Notes under the pieces: generated by a model
Seen by the model: the letters and a program-made list of their open reading frames with translations, nothing else
What the model was told of the DNA's origin: nothing
The model's database searches: none
Translations under genes and position numbers: made by a program
Shown: positions 1 through 8,784 of the stretch, in pieces
How positions within the stretch are numbered: the stretch's first letter is position 1
Layout of the letters: every line of letters begins with the position of its first letter
Source of the DNA: a virus
Lineage: Duplodnaviria; Caudoviricetes
DNA length: 59,504 nt
Direction: 5' to 3' (one strand)
Virus record (IMG/VR): IMGVR_UViG_3300050021_000174
Span: 1-59,504 of that record

Positions 1-127
1 CCTAATACCTCCCGTGTCTTGCGTTCTGCTGTATCTGAAAACGCTCGCTGTCAATGTCCGTTAGCGCCCGATCCCTCTCGCGCCGATATTCATTGGCCCT
101 GTCTTGCTCATGCTGCCGGTACATATC
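1..127. repeat. Terminal direct repeat, copy 1 (circular-assembly overlap)
   Basis: Bases 1-127 are identical to 59378-59504; 127 is a common assembler k-mer length. Confidence 0.95.
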
Positions 128-400
128 GTCTCTTGCACTATCGACAGCCTGATGGTGCTCAAAAGAATCGGAGCCGCGTTCAAGATCGTCACTGACCCGG
201 TGATCGACTCTACCTAAAGGCTGAGTATGGGAACAACCACAGTCGCAGCCAGAGACAGACACCCACGGTCCATGCCACGGCGAATTAGGGTCTTTGGCAG
301 TATCTTCATCTACCAACTGACCGAAGCTCTTCTCACCATGAGACACCGCAGGTACACAGAACAGAAACATCGTTGCCAGAATACAGAATAGAATCTTCAT
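2..400 (-). CDS. Secreted/periplasmic hypothetical protein
   Basis: MKILFCILATMFLFCVPAVSHG resembles a signal peptide; purine-rich RBS upstream. Confidence 0.6.
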   Translation of the reverse strand: MKILFCILATMFLFCVPAVSHGEKSFGQLVDEDTAKDPNSPWHGPWVSVSGCDCGCSHTQPLGRVDHRVSDDLERGSDSFEHHQAVDSARDDMYRQHEQDRANEYRRERDRALTDIDSERFQIQQNARHGRY

Positions 401-401
401 C

Positions 402-698
402 TCACTTTCCCCCCTCAACCCATGTGATTCCACGTAGCCTCAAAAAACGCTTCCAACTCTCTATGGCGGAATCTGATTCGCCAAGTTGCTTTTTTAGGTG
501 CTCAATCATATCGAGGCAGACGTTCTTAGAGAACCCGCCCAACGGTCCCGTCTCGTGCCAATCAAGCCGGTCCTGAGTTTTTCTTAGGTTGTTCTCCATA
601 CTGTCCAAAGCTATTTCGAGGCCATGGATGCGTTCGTTGAGCTGCGCCCTCGTCTTCTTTTTGAGAACCCGGTTCATAAACCATTCGTACGGTTTCAT
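402..698 (-). CDS. Hypothetical coiled-coil protein
   Basis: 98-aa ORF tightly packed with its neighbours, GGAGA RBS. Confidence 0.55.
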   Translation of the reverse strand: MKPYEWFMNRVLKKKTRAQLNERIHGLEIALDSMENNLRKTQDRLDWHETGPLGGFSKNVCLDMIEHLKKQLGESDSAIESWKRFLRLRGITWVEGGK

Positions 699-699
699 C

Positions 700-858
700 T
701 CAATCTCCCTTCCCCAATTCCTTCATCTTGTCTCGTACCCGGAGATAACCGTCTATCGCCCTTCGGATGTGTTCGGAAACCGAAAGGCCATCAGCCGCCT
801 TTAACTCACGCAGCTTTTGATACTCATTCTCAGTTAAGAATAATGCGATTTGTCTCAT
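700..858 (-). CDS. Ribbon-helix-helix (CopG-like) DNA-binding protein; not in ORF track
   Basis: Hand translation MRQIALFLTENEYQKLRELKAADGLSVSEHIRRAIDGYL... fits the RHH pattern. Confidence 0.7.
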   Translation of the reverse strand: MRQIALFLTENEYQKLRELKAADGLSVSEHIRRAIDGYLRVRDKMKELGKGD

Positions 859-1037
859 AGTTAAAATCATTATACGCTTTCTATATGCGATGGCAATAAC
901 TTTCTTTACCCCCTTGTAAATAATTTTGAATGCGGATATTGTGGAAGGGAATCTTAGCCCGGTGGTCGCTCCCGTAAGAGGGGGGTGCCCAATCGCCCCC
1001 CGCCGGGTTCAACTCTTAAAGCTCATTGGGGAGCAAT

Positions 1038-1358
1038 ATGAAAAAAAGACCATCAGATAAAGCGTACTTCAAAACTCGCCACAACGTAGTAGATGCAAAC
1101 AAATTCAGAGCACTGCCCACATCAGCTCAATGCCTATACTTCCACCTAACCCGCCTGCAAAACTGGTACTGCAACGGTAAACCCGGAACATTCGAGCAGC
1201 GGGACTGGCAACTCATTGTCGAAACCGGGCTCCCCGAACGCACCATCCAACGCGGCAAAAAAGAATTGATCGAGAAGGGCTTTATCAAAACTAACCGGCA
1301 AGGGCCGAAAGGCCCGACCGTCTACACCGTGCTCACTCCAATGGAGGGGAAAAGATGA
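1038..1358 (+). CDS. Winged-helix protein of phage replication-initiator N-terminal type
   Basis: LPTSAQCLYFHL...ETGLPERTIQRGKKELIEKGFI...TVYTV. Confidence 0.65.
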   Translation: MKKRPSDKAYFKTRHNVVDANKFRALPTSAQCLYFHLTRLQNWYCNGKPGTFEQRDWQLIVETGLPERTIQRGKKELIEKGFIKTNRQGPKGPTVYTVLTPMEGKR

Positions 1359-2614
1359 ATGAAACAAGAGCGGTATCAGAAATAATTTATCGAGAGGACC
1401 TTTACCCACGTTCACTTACAAACCCTGAAAGGGTCCAGGCATATTCTGAAAACTTGGAGATACTACCGCCCGTTGAAGTCAATCAGCACAATATCCTAAT
1501 CGACGGTTGGCACCGATGGACCGGATACAAAAAAAAAGAAATCGAAAGAATCCCGGTAATAGTCACTCAAACGGCCACAGAACAAGAGATTTTATTTTTA
1601 GCGATTCAACGCAACAGCACTCATGGCTTGCAGTTGTCGCAGGCAGATAAACAAGACAAGGCAAGATCCCTCTACCATGCCGCGCCGGTTCGAGAGAGGC
1701 AAGAGTTCAAGAAAAAACTGGCAGGGCTTTTATCGGTAACGGAACGAACTATAAATTCCTGGTTGTCGCGTATCGACAAAGACACCAAGGAAGCACTCAA
1801 AACGAGAATTTTCGATATGTGGCTCGCCTGCTACACTCAGCAGGAAATCGCAGATGAGATCGGAATACCGCAACAAACAGTCAGTGACGAAATAGGGAAG
1901 TTTACCGAAAATGGAAACCTTTCCAAATCCGGTAAAATCCTCTTCCAAGATGACTTCGAACACCCGTTCTTCAACGTATGGAAAGTGCAGGATAAATCAA
2001 ACAAGGTCAATCACTTCGGCAACACCGAAGCGCGTTGGCTGGAAAATCTGCTCTACCTGTATACAAACCCTTTCGACATTGTAGTTGACCCCTTTGCCGG
2101 AGGCGCTTCAACTATCGACATCTGTAAAAAACGCGGTCGCAGATACTATGTGAGCGACCGGAAACCAATCGTAGAACGCGAAAAAGAAATCCGGCTTTGG
2201 GACGTGACCGAAGGTTTGCCGCCCATTCCAAGATGGCAGGACGTTAAACTCGTCTATCTCGATCCACCGTATTGGAAACAAGCAGAAGGAAAGTACAGCA
2301 AAGACCCCACGGACTATGCGAATATGACACTCGAACAGTTCAATAAAAATCTGTCTGAACTTATTCACTCCTTTGCAAAAAAGCTTGCCGGAGCATACAT
2401 CGCGCTCATCATCCAACCTACCCAATGGAATGCACCCAACAGGGAGTACACCGACCATGCCGCCGATATGATCCGATCCATTAAACTTCCAATCCACATG
2501 CGCTTCCAATGCCCCTACGAAAGTCAACAAGCCAACGCGCAGATGATGGACTGGAGCAAAAAAAACAAAATCCCGCTGGTTCTTTCACGGGAACTTATCG
2601 TTTGGAGGGTCTAA
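1355..2614 (+). CDS. ParB/Srx N-terminal + HTH + amino (N6A/N4C) DNA methyltransferase
   Basis: ParB motif LIDGWHRW; HTH TQQEIADEIGIPQQTVS; SAM-binding VVDPFAGG; catalytic LDPPY. Confidence 0.85.
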   Translation: MNETRAVSEIIYREDLYPRSLTNPERVQAYSENLEILPPVEVNQHNILIDGWHRWTGYKKKEIERIPVIVTQTATEQEILFLAIQRNSTHGLQLSQADKQDKARSLYHAAPVRERQEFKKKLAGLLSVTERTINSWLSRIDKDTKEALKTRIFDMWLACYTQQEIADEIGIPQQTVSDEIGKFTENGNLSKSGKILFQDDFEHPFFNVWKVQDKSNKVNHFGNTEARWLENLLYLYTNPFDIVVDPFAGGASTIDICKKRGRRYYVSDRKPIVEREKEIRLWDVTEGLPPIPRWQDVKLVYLDPPYWKQAEGKYSKDPTDYANMTLEQFNKNLSELIHSFAKKLAGAYIALIIQPTQWNAPNREYTDHAADMIRSIKLPIHMRFQCPYESQQANAQMMDWSKKNKIPLVLSRELIVWRV

Positions 2615-3072
2615 TGCCGCAAGAAGAAATCTACGGAAAACGAGATAGGACGTACTCGGATTGGCATCGGCGGAACTCCACACGCCGGTATATCGGGATA
2701 GAAAAGGCACAACTCCTGACTATGATCGACCTCGATGCTTCGGTTTATGTCGAGTACGACGATGGAACCAAGGAACCGCTTGCGCTTATTGAAACTGCAA
2801 TGGACATCGGGCAGTCGTTCAAGTCAGCAACCGTAACTCTTAAACTGGCTCAGCGAGCCAATTTGCCATGCTTTGTTCTACTCTACAAAAAGACGGCATC
2901 AATCCCGCCAGATATTGAACGGTTCAGGGCCAAAAGACTGCATCCCAAAATAGAGAAGGAATGGAGAATCCTCACACCCGAAGAGTGGTGCAAAACCTTA
3001 TTGGCCCTTCGTAAGTGGCAATGTTCCAAGCTCGATCAAGAGTGGGAAACCCAAACCGCTGTCCCGCCATAA
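2614..3072 (+). CDS. Hypothetical protein, possible PD-(D/E)XK nuclease fold
   Basis: TAATG coupling to the MTase; MIDLD...VEY...PLALIET acidic pattern. Confidence 0.45.
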   Translation: MPQEEIYGKRDRTYSDWHRRNSTRRYIGIEKAQLLTMIDLDASVYVEYDDGTKEPLALIETAMDIGQSFKSATVTLKLAQRANLPCFVLLYKKTASIPPDIERFRAKRLHPKIEKEWRILTPEEWCKTLLALRKWQCSKLDQEWETQTAVPP

Positions 3073-3393
3073 TGGCGTATCAGAACCCATTCCTGTCCCG
3101 CCACTTTTGAGGTGACAAAAAGGGGGGTACTTAATAAGAAAGAAGTTTATAAGAAGGGATGTAAAACCCCCACAAGAAAATCTATCCTGAAAATCTCACA
3201 AGTTGCCGGAGGCAGGCACGATACCCACCCCGGCCTCCCGGTAGCCCCCCGGTGGGGTCTCCCCAGAGAAAGAATGCCTATACCATGGGGGCCGTCTCTA
3301 TGGGGACGGGTATCCATAGGGGGAATCTCCACCCCATGGGGACATGCTGGACATCCTCTCGGTTGGGTGAGAACAACAAACGACCGTATGATA

Positions 3394-4032
3394 TTAATCT
3401 GTGTTTGGGTCTGTCTTGGAGGGTACTGCGGGGCCTAGACTGGTACACCGTAAGGCTTTGCTGGCTTCGGCTGCTCTCTTAGTTCCTTCAGCCATACGTG
3501 CTACAAGCTCGACACTGCCAGATACTTCCACCTGCTGCTTGTCTGCATACTTCCGAGGATTGAACTTGGCAGCCAACCACTGGCGGCCACCTATTCGGAG
3601 ACGCGACCGATCTACATTGTCGTAGGTTTCGTGGGAGACAACACCCTTCCACTCCTTCGTCTTAGTGCTCGTATGCTCAGTGTCGGCTATTTCAATGGTT
3701 TCTTCGGCCAGAAGCTCGGCCTGGGCTTCCCGTGCCTTCCGGTATTGCTCCGTGAACCAAGGATCTACCTCTTCCACCACCCAGAACAGTGCAGTTGATG
3801 GTGCTATTCCCAAGTCTTTGCATATCCGCCTTAGACTGGGTTTATCGTCATCGGTCAGTCTTCGGCATAATTCGGCTGCAACGGCCTGGTCGTAATTGCT
3901 TTTCGGTCCTGGTCCTGGCAGGACTTTACCGGTTATGGGGTCGTGTGGGAGATTGGGTGTTGTATCGAGGGTATGACCTGGGAGGAATCTTCCGGTATCG
4001 GGATCTCGATCCAGGTTGGTTTGTTGGTCCAT
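3394..4032 (-). CDS. terS: Terminase small subunit
   Basis: AELCRRL...SLRRICKDLG...FTEQYRKAREAQAELLAEETIEIAD...RSRLRI..RQWLAAKFNPRKY is the P22/Sf6-type TerS signature; N-terminal GRFLPGH-type repeats. Confidence 0.85.
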   Translation of the reverse strand: MDQQTNLDRDPDTGRFLPGHTLDTTPNLPHDPITGKVLPGPGPKSNYDQAVAAELCRRLTDDDKPSLRRICKDLGIAPSTALFWVVEEVDPWFTEQYRKAREAQAELLAEETIEIADTEHTSTKTKEWKGVVSHETYDNVDRSRLRIGGRQWLAAKFNPRKYADKQQVEVSGSVELVARMAEGTKRAAEASKALRCTSLGPAVPSKTDPNTD

Positions 4033-4232
4033 GGGATTACTCCGGGACGTGTTGGGGTATAGGTTGAGCAATAATAATGGGTTACAGGGCCATTGTAGGG
4101 CTTTGTTTTTTAGTAGTCAAGTGTCTCAGTGAGACAGTATTGCGGAAATATCGTTAAAAGCGTTTTGGGTGGCTGTTAATTGGCTTGCGTGGCCGATTTG
4201 AAATTATTTTTGATGTGATAGTAAAAAAAGAC

Positions 4233-4261
4233 TTGACAATCAATTTCATCGGCTCTATCTT
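4233..4261 (+). promoter_or_regulatory. Sigma70-type promoter of early operon
   Basis: TTGACA-N17-TATCTT preceded by an A-tract. Confidence 0.65.
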
Positions 4262-4280
4262 GCAAATCAACAAGGCAACA

Positions 4281-4291
4281 TTCTTTGAAAA
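4281..4291 (+). promoter_or_regulatory. boxA-like antitermination element
   Basis: TTCTTTGAAAA just downstream of the promoter, resembling rrn/nut boxA. Confidence 0.45.
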
Positions 4292-4409
4292 CATGAAGCT
4301 GGACCGAAACCGGACAACGTAAGATACCGGGGCCTTGGCAACTAAAGCCGGGACAGCGAGAAAGAAAGCGACTCAGAACAGGATAGAGGGCAGAAGGGGA
4401 GTAACTATC

Positions 4410-4673
4410 ATGGCGTATTCACCTAACAATGAGATCGAGAGGGCACTGGGCGGATTTCGACACAAAGAGACAAAGGCACAATTCGAATATAGGGATAACG
4501 ATACCGGGATGTTTCCGGAATTCCCGCACCAGGTCTATCTCACCAATGGGGAAATGAGATTTGCGCGAATAATGAAAACCGTGGCGGTTGTTGTGGTGGA
4601 TGAGGAAGAGTATGGATTAATCATAGAAAAGTGGCCCATTAAAACGTTGTGGGCGAGGGAAAACCTATCTTAG
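4410..4673 (+). CDS. Early hypothetical protein
   Basis: GGGGAG RBS then ATG; first ORF after the promoter. Confidence 0.6.
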   Translation: MAYSPNNEIERALGGFRHKETKAQFEYRDNDTGMFPEFPHQVYLTNGEMRFARIMKTVAVVVVDEEEYGLIIEKWPIKTLWARENLS

Positions 4674-4761
4674 CTAATCAATTCAATCCGCCCTCTACCA
4701 TGTTCTGAGCGCAAACCGATAGGGACTGTAGAGCGGGTCACAATATGGAAGGGATACAATC

Positions 4762-4971
4762 ATGCAGACGGCAGTGGATAACGTAAAGGCATCAGCACGG
4801 AAGACGGCTTTCGGGTACGTTGGCCGGATCACAGTTTTTGGGGACAAGCGGCGGTTGTGGAGTAGGTCAACGCTGATCACTCGGCAAAGCAGGGGTGACG
4901 CACTCCATGATGCAAGAATACTTGCCATTGATACGATCATTCAAAACGTAGTTGAGGTTCAGTGGGCTTAA
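4762..4971 (+). CDS. Early hypothetical protein
   Basis: 69-aa ORF with GAAGGGA RBS. Confidence 0.55.
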   Translation: MQTAVDNVKASARKTAFGYVGRITVFGDKRRLWSRSTLITRQSRGDALHDARILAIDTIIQNVVEVQWA

Positions 4972-5057
4972 CATTTAGCCGCGGCCCGCTGTATAGTCTC
5001 TATCGAACCGGGGGACCGATCCCGGATGATGGGCTTGGGATGAAGAAAGGGGAGAAT

Positions 5058-5174
5058 ATGAAAAGAACTGAGATTACTGGCATTATTAGAGATTGTGGCA
5101 AATTGGTAGCGACCTGCTCACATTGCGGCCGCACGGTTGCGGTAGAGGCGAAAGAGGGCAAAAATGGTGTTTAG
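5058..5174 (+). CDS. Small Cys-containing (possible Zn-binding) protein
   Basis: GGGGAG RBS; CSHCG motif. Confidence 0.4.
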   Translation: MKRTEITGIIRDCGKLVATCSHCGRTVAVEAKEGKNGV

Positions 5175-5251
5175 GGACGCTCATGCTCATTGTGTGTGTC
5201 AAGGCAGGGCAAACTAACATCAGTAGCCTACGGGCCGAAAGGGGCATAATC

Positions 5252-5413
5252 ATGGCAGAACCAAAGAAGGCAACGGCAATAATCCTGCGGGGTATAGACC
5301 CGGAGATGTGGACTAAGTTTCGGGTTTTGTGCTTGCAAGCGGGCATCAGCGCACAGGCGAAGGTTGATGAGCTTATACGGCGCGAAGTTGAGCGCGCAGG
5401 AGGGAAACCATGA
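5252..5413 (+). CDS. Arc/RHH-like DNA-binding protein
   Basis: AIILRGIDPEMWTKFRVLCLQAGISAQAKVDELIRREV. Confidence 0.65.
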   Translation: MAEPKKATAIILRGIDPEMWTKFRVLCLQAGISAQAKVDELIRREVERAGGKP

Positions 5414-5516
5414 TCCAGTTACAGAAGGAACAGCGAATAACCGATCCTCGCCAGATGTGCATCTAACTAAACATTCAATCCCCGTGCCTCCGGGTGCGGG
5501 GAGAAGAGGGGAAGAA

Positions 5517-5735
5517 ATGAGCGAATCGGTAGAGTCTCTAAACCAGAGAGATAACGGCCTAAAAATAATGGGCTACTTACGCAAACACGAATGGAACACC
5601 AAGTCTGACATTGCTAGCGAATTGGGAATTGAAGAAGTTGATTTTGAGTTAGCACTACAACATCCGGTGTGTGCTGGCCGAGTTCGTACTGGGGTCCGTT
5701 CCGACAGCTACGGCCAAATAGTGATATGGCTATAA
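5517..5735 (+). CDS. Small winged-HTH protein
   Basis: KIMGYLRKHEWNTKSDIASELGI. Confidence 0.5.
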   Translation: MSESVESLNQRDNGLKIMGYLRKHEWNTKSDIASELGIEEVDFELALQHPVCAGRVRTGVRSDSYGQIVIWL

Positions 5736-5754
5736 TGAGCGAAGGAGGCCAAAA

Positions 5755-5931
5755 ATGACAAAACCGATTAACACCGGGTCAATATCGAACCTGCCGCCGG
5801 ACCTGTTGAGGCAGGTTAAACAGCATTTACTGAACCTTCCGCCGACCGACCACGTGAAGACTGTTTCAGGGTTCGTGATTGCTGCTCTGGAGGAGAAATT
5901 ACGGCGCGACTGGATAAGGCAAACGCCATGA
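5755..5931 (+). CDS. Small RHH-like hypothetical protein; not in ORF track
   Basis: AAGGAGG RBS; MTKPINTGSISNLPPDLLRQVKQH...TVSGFVIAALEEKL. Confidence 0.5.
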   Translation: MTKPINTGSISNLPPDLLRQVKQHLLNLPPTDHVKTVSGFVIAALEEKLRRDWIRQTP

Positions 5932-5938
5932 ACCTACT

Positions 5939-5961
5939 GCCCCTCTTCGTGAGGGGCTTTC
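5939..5961 (+). terminator. Probable intrinsic terminator between convergent operons
   Basis: GCCCTC-TTCGT-GAGGGGC hairpin followed by TTT. Confidence 0.5.
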
Positions 5962-6063
5962 CTCGTTTTAAGCGCCTCAATCCCTTGTTTCAGCTACCCG
6001 CCCGTGTCTCACTTCGTTTCTAATCCGAAGTGCCGGAATGGACCCCTTAACGCGATTTCTACG

Positions 6064-6456
6064 CTACTTTCCCGCCACCATCGGCCCCGCAATTTGCAGG
6101 AATCTCTTGAAGCTCCTTATTTCGTAGAAGAGATGGTCTAACCGAACCAGTTTCAGCCGGAATAGTTTCTGGTCTTCAGAAAGCCTACCCTTTGCGGCTT
6201 TTAGCTCGATCCATAACGTCATCCCATAGGGCATGGCTGCGAAAATGTCAGGTTGGCCCGGCCTGTTCCTGCCTCGCGAACGATCATGCACAAATGCTAT
6301 CGCATGGGAGTCCAGCCAGCTTTCAATTTTGAGCTGTAGGACGCTTTCTTTCTCCTTGTCGGGTTCTTCATCGTCTTTGTGGGGAAGTTTGGCCGCAGAC
6401 CTATCCTGACGACGCTGATGGTATTCTAAAAGCTGCTGTTCCGACCAATTAGCCAC
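6064..6456 (-). CDS. VRR-NUC domain nuclease (Holliday junction resolvase-like)
   Basis: ESVLQ...PGQPDI...WIELKAAKGRLSEDQ. Confidence 0.85.
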   Translation of the reverse strand: MANWSEQQLLEYHQRRQDRSAAKLPHKDDEEPDKEKESVLQLKIESWLDSHAIAFVHDRSRGRNRPGQPDIFAAMPYGMTLWIELKAAKGRLSEDQKLFRLKLVRLDHLFYEIRSFKRFLQIAGPMVAGK

Positions 6457-6717
6457 TTATTCCCCCTCCTCCCCCAACTCCGGGAACCGGCTGATAGCGT
6501 TTTCCTTCCAGGCGGTGAGCTGGCGCAGGTCTTTTTCGAGTGTGTCACATTCAGTCAGCCGCCACGCAGCTAACCGTTGTGCTCCAATGAGTTCAGCCTT
6601 CAAATTTTCAATTTTCGCTCTAAGAAAGCACGGGTTCCACTCTTGCGCCTGCCGTTCGCCGGTTGCTCTTTTCGTATCCCATTCGTCTTTTTGTACTGGC
6701 TTCCCGTATTCGGTCAT
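6457..6717 (-). CDS. Hypothetical protein
   Basis: ATGA overlap with the upstream gene. Confidence 0.55.
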   Translation of the reverse strand: MTEYGKPVQKDEWDTKRATGERQAQEWNPCFLRAKIENLKAELIGAQRLAAWRLTECDTLEKDLRQLTAWKENAISRFPELGEEGE

Positions 6718-7268
6718 GATTCCCCCTTAGCCCCCTGCTCCATTGCCCTGGCCTCGGCCTGGCCCTCTATGATCTCCTGCACCGCACTGTCGGCCCGTTT
6801 CGTTTGATACCGGCCATGCAATGCTTCGTCTTTGATTACACTGCGGAGTTTCTTGTTTGTAGCTTTCAACTCGGCAAGTTCAGCATCCAACTCATCACGA
6901 TTCTCTTTTGCCTGTGCGATTTCAGCCCTTGCAGCGTCCCGTTCTTTCGTAATGGCTTTAATCTCTGCTAGGCAAACTCTCAATGCATCAGCCAACTCAC
7001 CCGAAAATCGAACGGACTCATAAGCCATCCATTTAATGCGTTTCCAGCGTTCCTCGTCGGTGTCAATGGGAATGAGCACCGAGCCTGAAGGAGGTTGCAG
7101 TATCACAGCCGGTTTTTCGATAGAATACGACTCATCCGGCAGCTCTGCCGTGCATGACCGACAGTTCGAAAACATATCATTCTGCATGCCCACCGGTGCC
7201 TTGCTGGCGCGGATATTCCGGCACGATTCAACCGTTGTCTGTTTTTCGGTGTAAGGGCATTGCCACAT
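6714..7268 (-). CDS. Hypothetical protein, N-terminal Cys motif and coiled coil
   Basis: MWQCPY...CRSC; TAATG coupling to the MTase stop. Confidence 0.55.
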   Translation of the reverse strand: MWQCPYTEKQTTVESCRNIRASKAPVGMQNDMFSNCRSCTAELPDESYSIEKPAVILQPPSGSVLIPIDTDEERWKRIKWMAYESVRFSGELADALRVCLAEIKAITKERDAARAEIAQAKENRDELDAELAELKATNKKLRSVIKDEALHGRYQTKRADSAVQEIIEGQAEARAMEQGAKGES

Positions 7269-8192
7269 TAGTCTGCATCCTTTATCGCCTGCATGATTTT
7301 TACGATCACCTGCGGCACTACTGAGTCTCCGAGGGCGGCGATCCATTTGGATCGGTCAGGATCGTCAGAGGGTAGCCCATCCACCATGCCGCAAAGCGAC
7401 TCGACAGCCTGTAGCCAGTGCATGTCCCAACCGTCTCCGACAATGGCCGAGAATTCCTCTCGAAAGTCTCTGGACTGCATTTCTCGGAGCGGTGATCCCT
7501 GGCCGTCAATGTGGGCAATAATCCAGACTCTATTTCTTCTGTGCCAGGCACCGACCGGCTGATGCAGGTATAATAAAACTCTCGACCCAATAACCCGCTC
7601 TCTCCATACCAGAGAGGATACTTTCGTATGCCAATCCCCCGTCAATAGTGAGGAGACCAACGACGTTCTCGAAGATTGCCCATCTGGGTTTCGTAATTTC
7701 CAGCGCCTTAATAGCTTGGTCCCAGAGCCAACGTGGGTCTTGTTTGCCGAGCCGTAGGCCAGCACAACTTGCTGCCTGACAGGGCGGTGAGGCGGTGAGA
7801 AGGTCGATTCCATCACTACATCGTATAATTGGCCCCTCTGCAAATTTCTTTGATGAGAAGCTGTGTGTTGTCCCTGTCTCATATTCGCATCCGACCCTTG
7901 CAGAGTAGGCAGTAGGGCGTTCTTGTATTTCGGCCTGCTCTTCGAGTTCCCCGCATACTGAGCCTGTGCCATGTCTTCCAGTGTTGCGGTACTCTTGGTT
8001 AGCGTAGGCAACAATTTGTTCTTCATCGTTTATGTCCTCAATGATCGGCACACCGGGCCAAAGGCGGTTAAGCTGCTTCCGGCGCCACGGGTCTATTTCG
8101 CACAGGGCCACGTGTTTGCAGTCTGGCCAGACGTGGGAGGCGGCGAAGCTGAAGCCAGAGACGGAGCCAGAGAACAGGTCGATGTGCCTCAC
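7268..8192 (-). pseudogene. C5 cytosine DNA methyltransferase, alpha chain, frameshifted at ~7555
   Basis: Motif I DLFSG, IV SPPCQ, VI FENV in one frame; VIII-X (VGAWHRRNRVWIIAH...ALGDSVVPQV) in another; removing one G joins them into 307 aa. Confidence 0.85.
7318..8026 (-). pseudogene. Overlapping alternative-frame beta chain of the C5 MTase (M.EcoHK31I-like), broken by the same frameshift
   Basis: LLPTL repeats and RLSSRFAAWWMGYP (motif IX-like); the same 1-nt deletion makes it a continuous 235-aa ORF. Confidence 0.65.
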
Positions 8193-8704
8193 GCTATCCC
8201 CTCCTTTTGCTCCCCGCCATAATATCCAAACTCCCATTTCTTTTGCTTCCACTGGACCAAAACAAACTTGAAATACCAGTATTGGGACGCAGCCACTTTG
8301 ATTTTTACGTTTGCGTCGTCTTGCATGAAGCCCTTAGTCTCGTGAAGCTCGATCCTATCTGTGAACAACACGATGAAGTCAGGGGTGTAAAAGGTTTTGT
8401 CGGCAAGGCGCAACTTTAACGCCTCGTAGCGCCAGTCAATGATTTCACCAGCCATCTTCAGGCCGTCCAAGTATTTTCCGTAACGCTCTTCGAGCTTATT
8501 CATTCCCTTTTCGGGTCGAGGTCCGAATCGTGGCTTGAATCGTCCTATACTCACTATTCTCCCTCCTTCGCCAACTCCGGGAACCGGCCGTTGGAGTTGC
8601 TCGATTTCCTCAACCAAATCCCGGAACGTATTGCAGCCCGCACAGTCGCAAGCGCCCTTCGCGGATAGATCCTGTTTAATCGCTTCGAATTGTTCTTTTG
8701 TCAT
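8189..8704 (-). CDS. DUF1064-like PD-(D/E)XK endonuclease
   Basis: MNKLEERY...YTPDF...HETKG...KIKVAA. Confidence 0.75.
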   Translation of the reverse strand: MTKEQFEAIKQDLSAKGACDCAGCNTFRDLVEEIEQLQRPVPGVGEGGRIVSIGRFKPRFGPRPEKGMNKLEERYGKYLDGLKMAGEIIDWRYEALKLRLADKTFYTPDFIVLFTDRIELHETKGFMQDDANVKIKVAASQYWYFKFVLVQWKQKKWEFGYYGGEQKEGIA

Positions 8705-8784
8705 TCCTCCTCCTTTTCTCGCAGGCTGGCCGCTTCCTTCCAGGGACGCGGCCCGAGTGAACGATTCACTCACCTGCGAAACAA

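Noticed and set aside
1-127. Biological terminal repeat of the virion DNA
   Set aside because: Length matches an assembler k-mer and it overlaps a gene end; best read as a circularisation overlap
3112-3482. Plus-strand ORFs 3112-3438 and 3252-3482
   Set aside because: Low-complexity G/P-rich translations of palindromic DNA overlapping the terS end; no RBS
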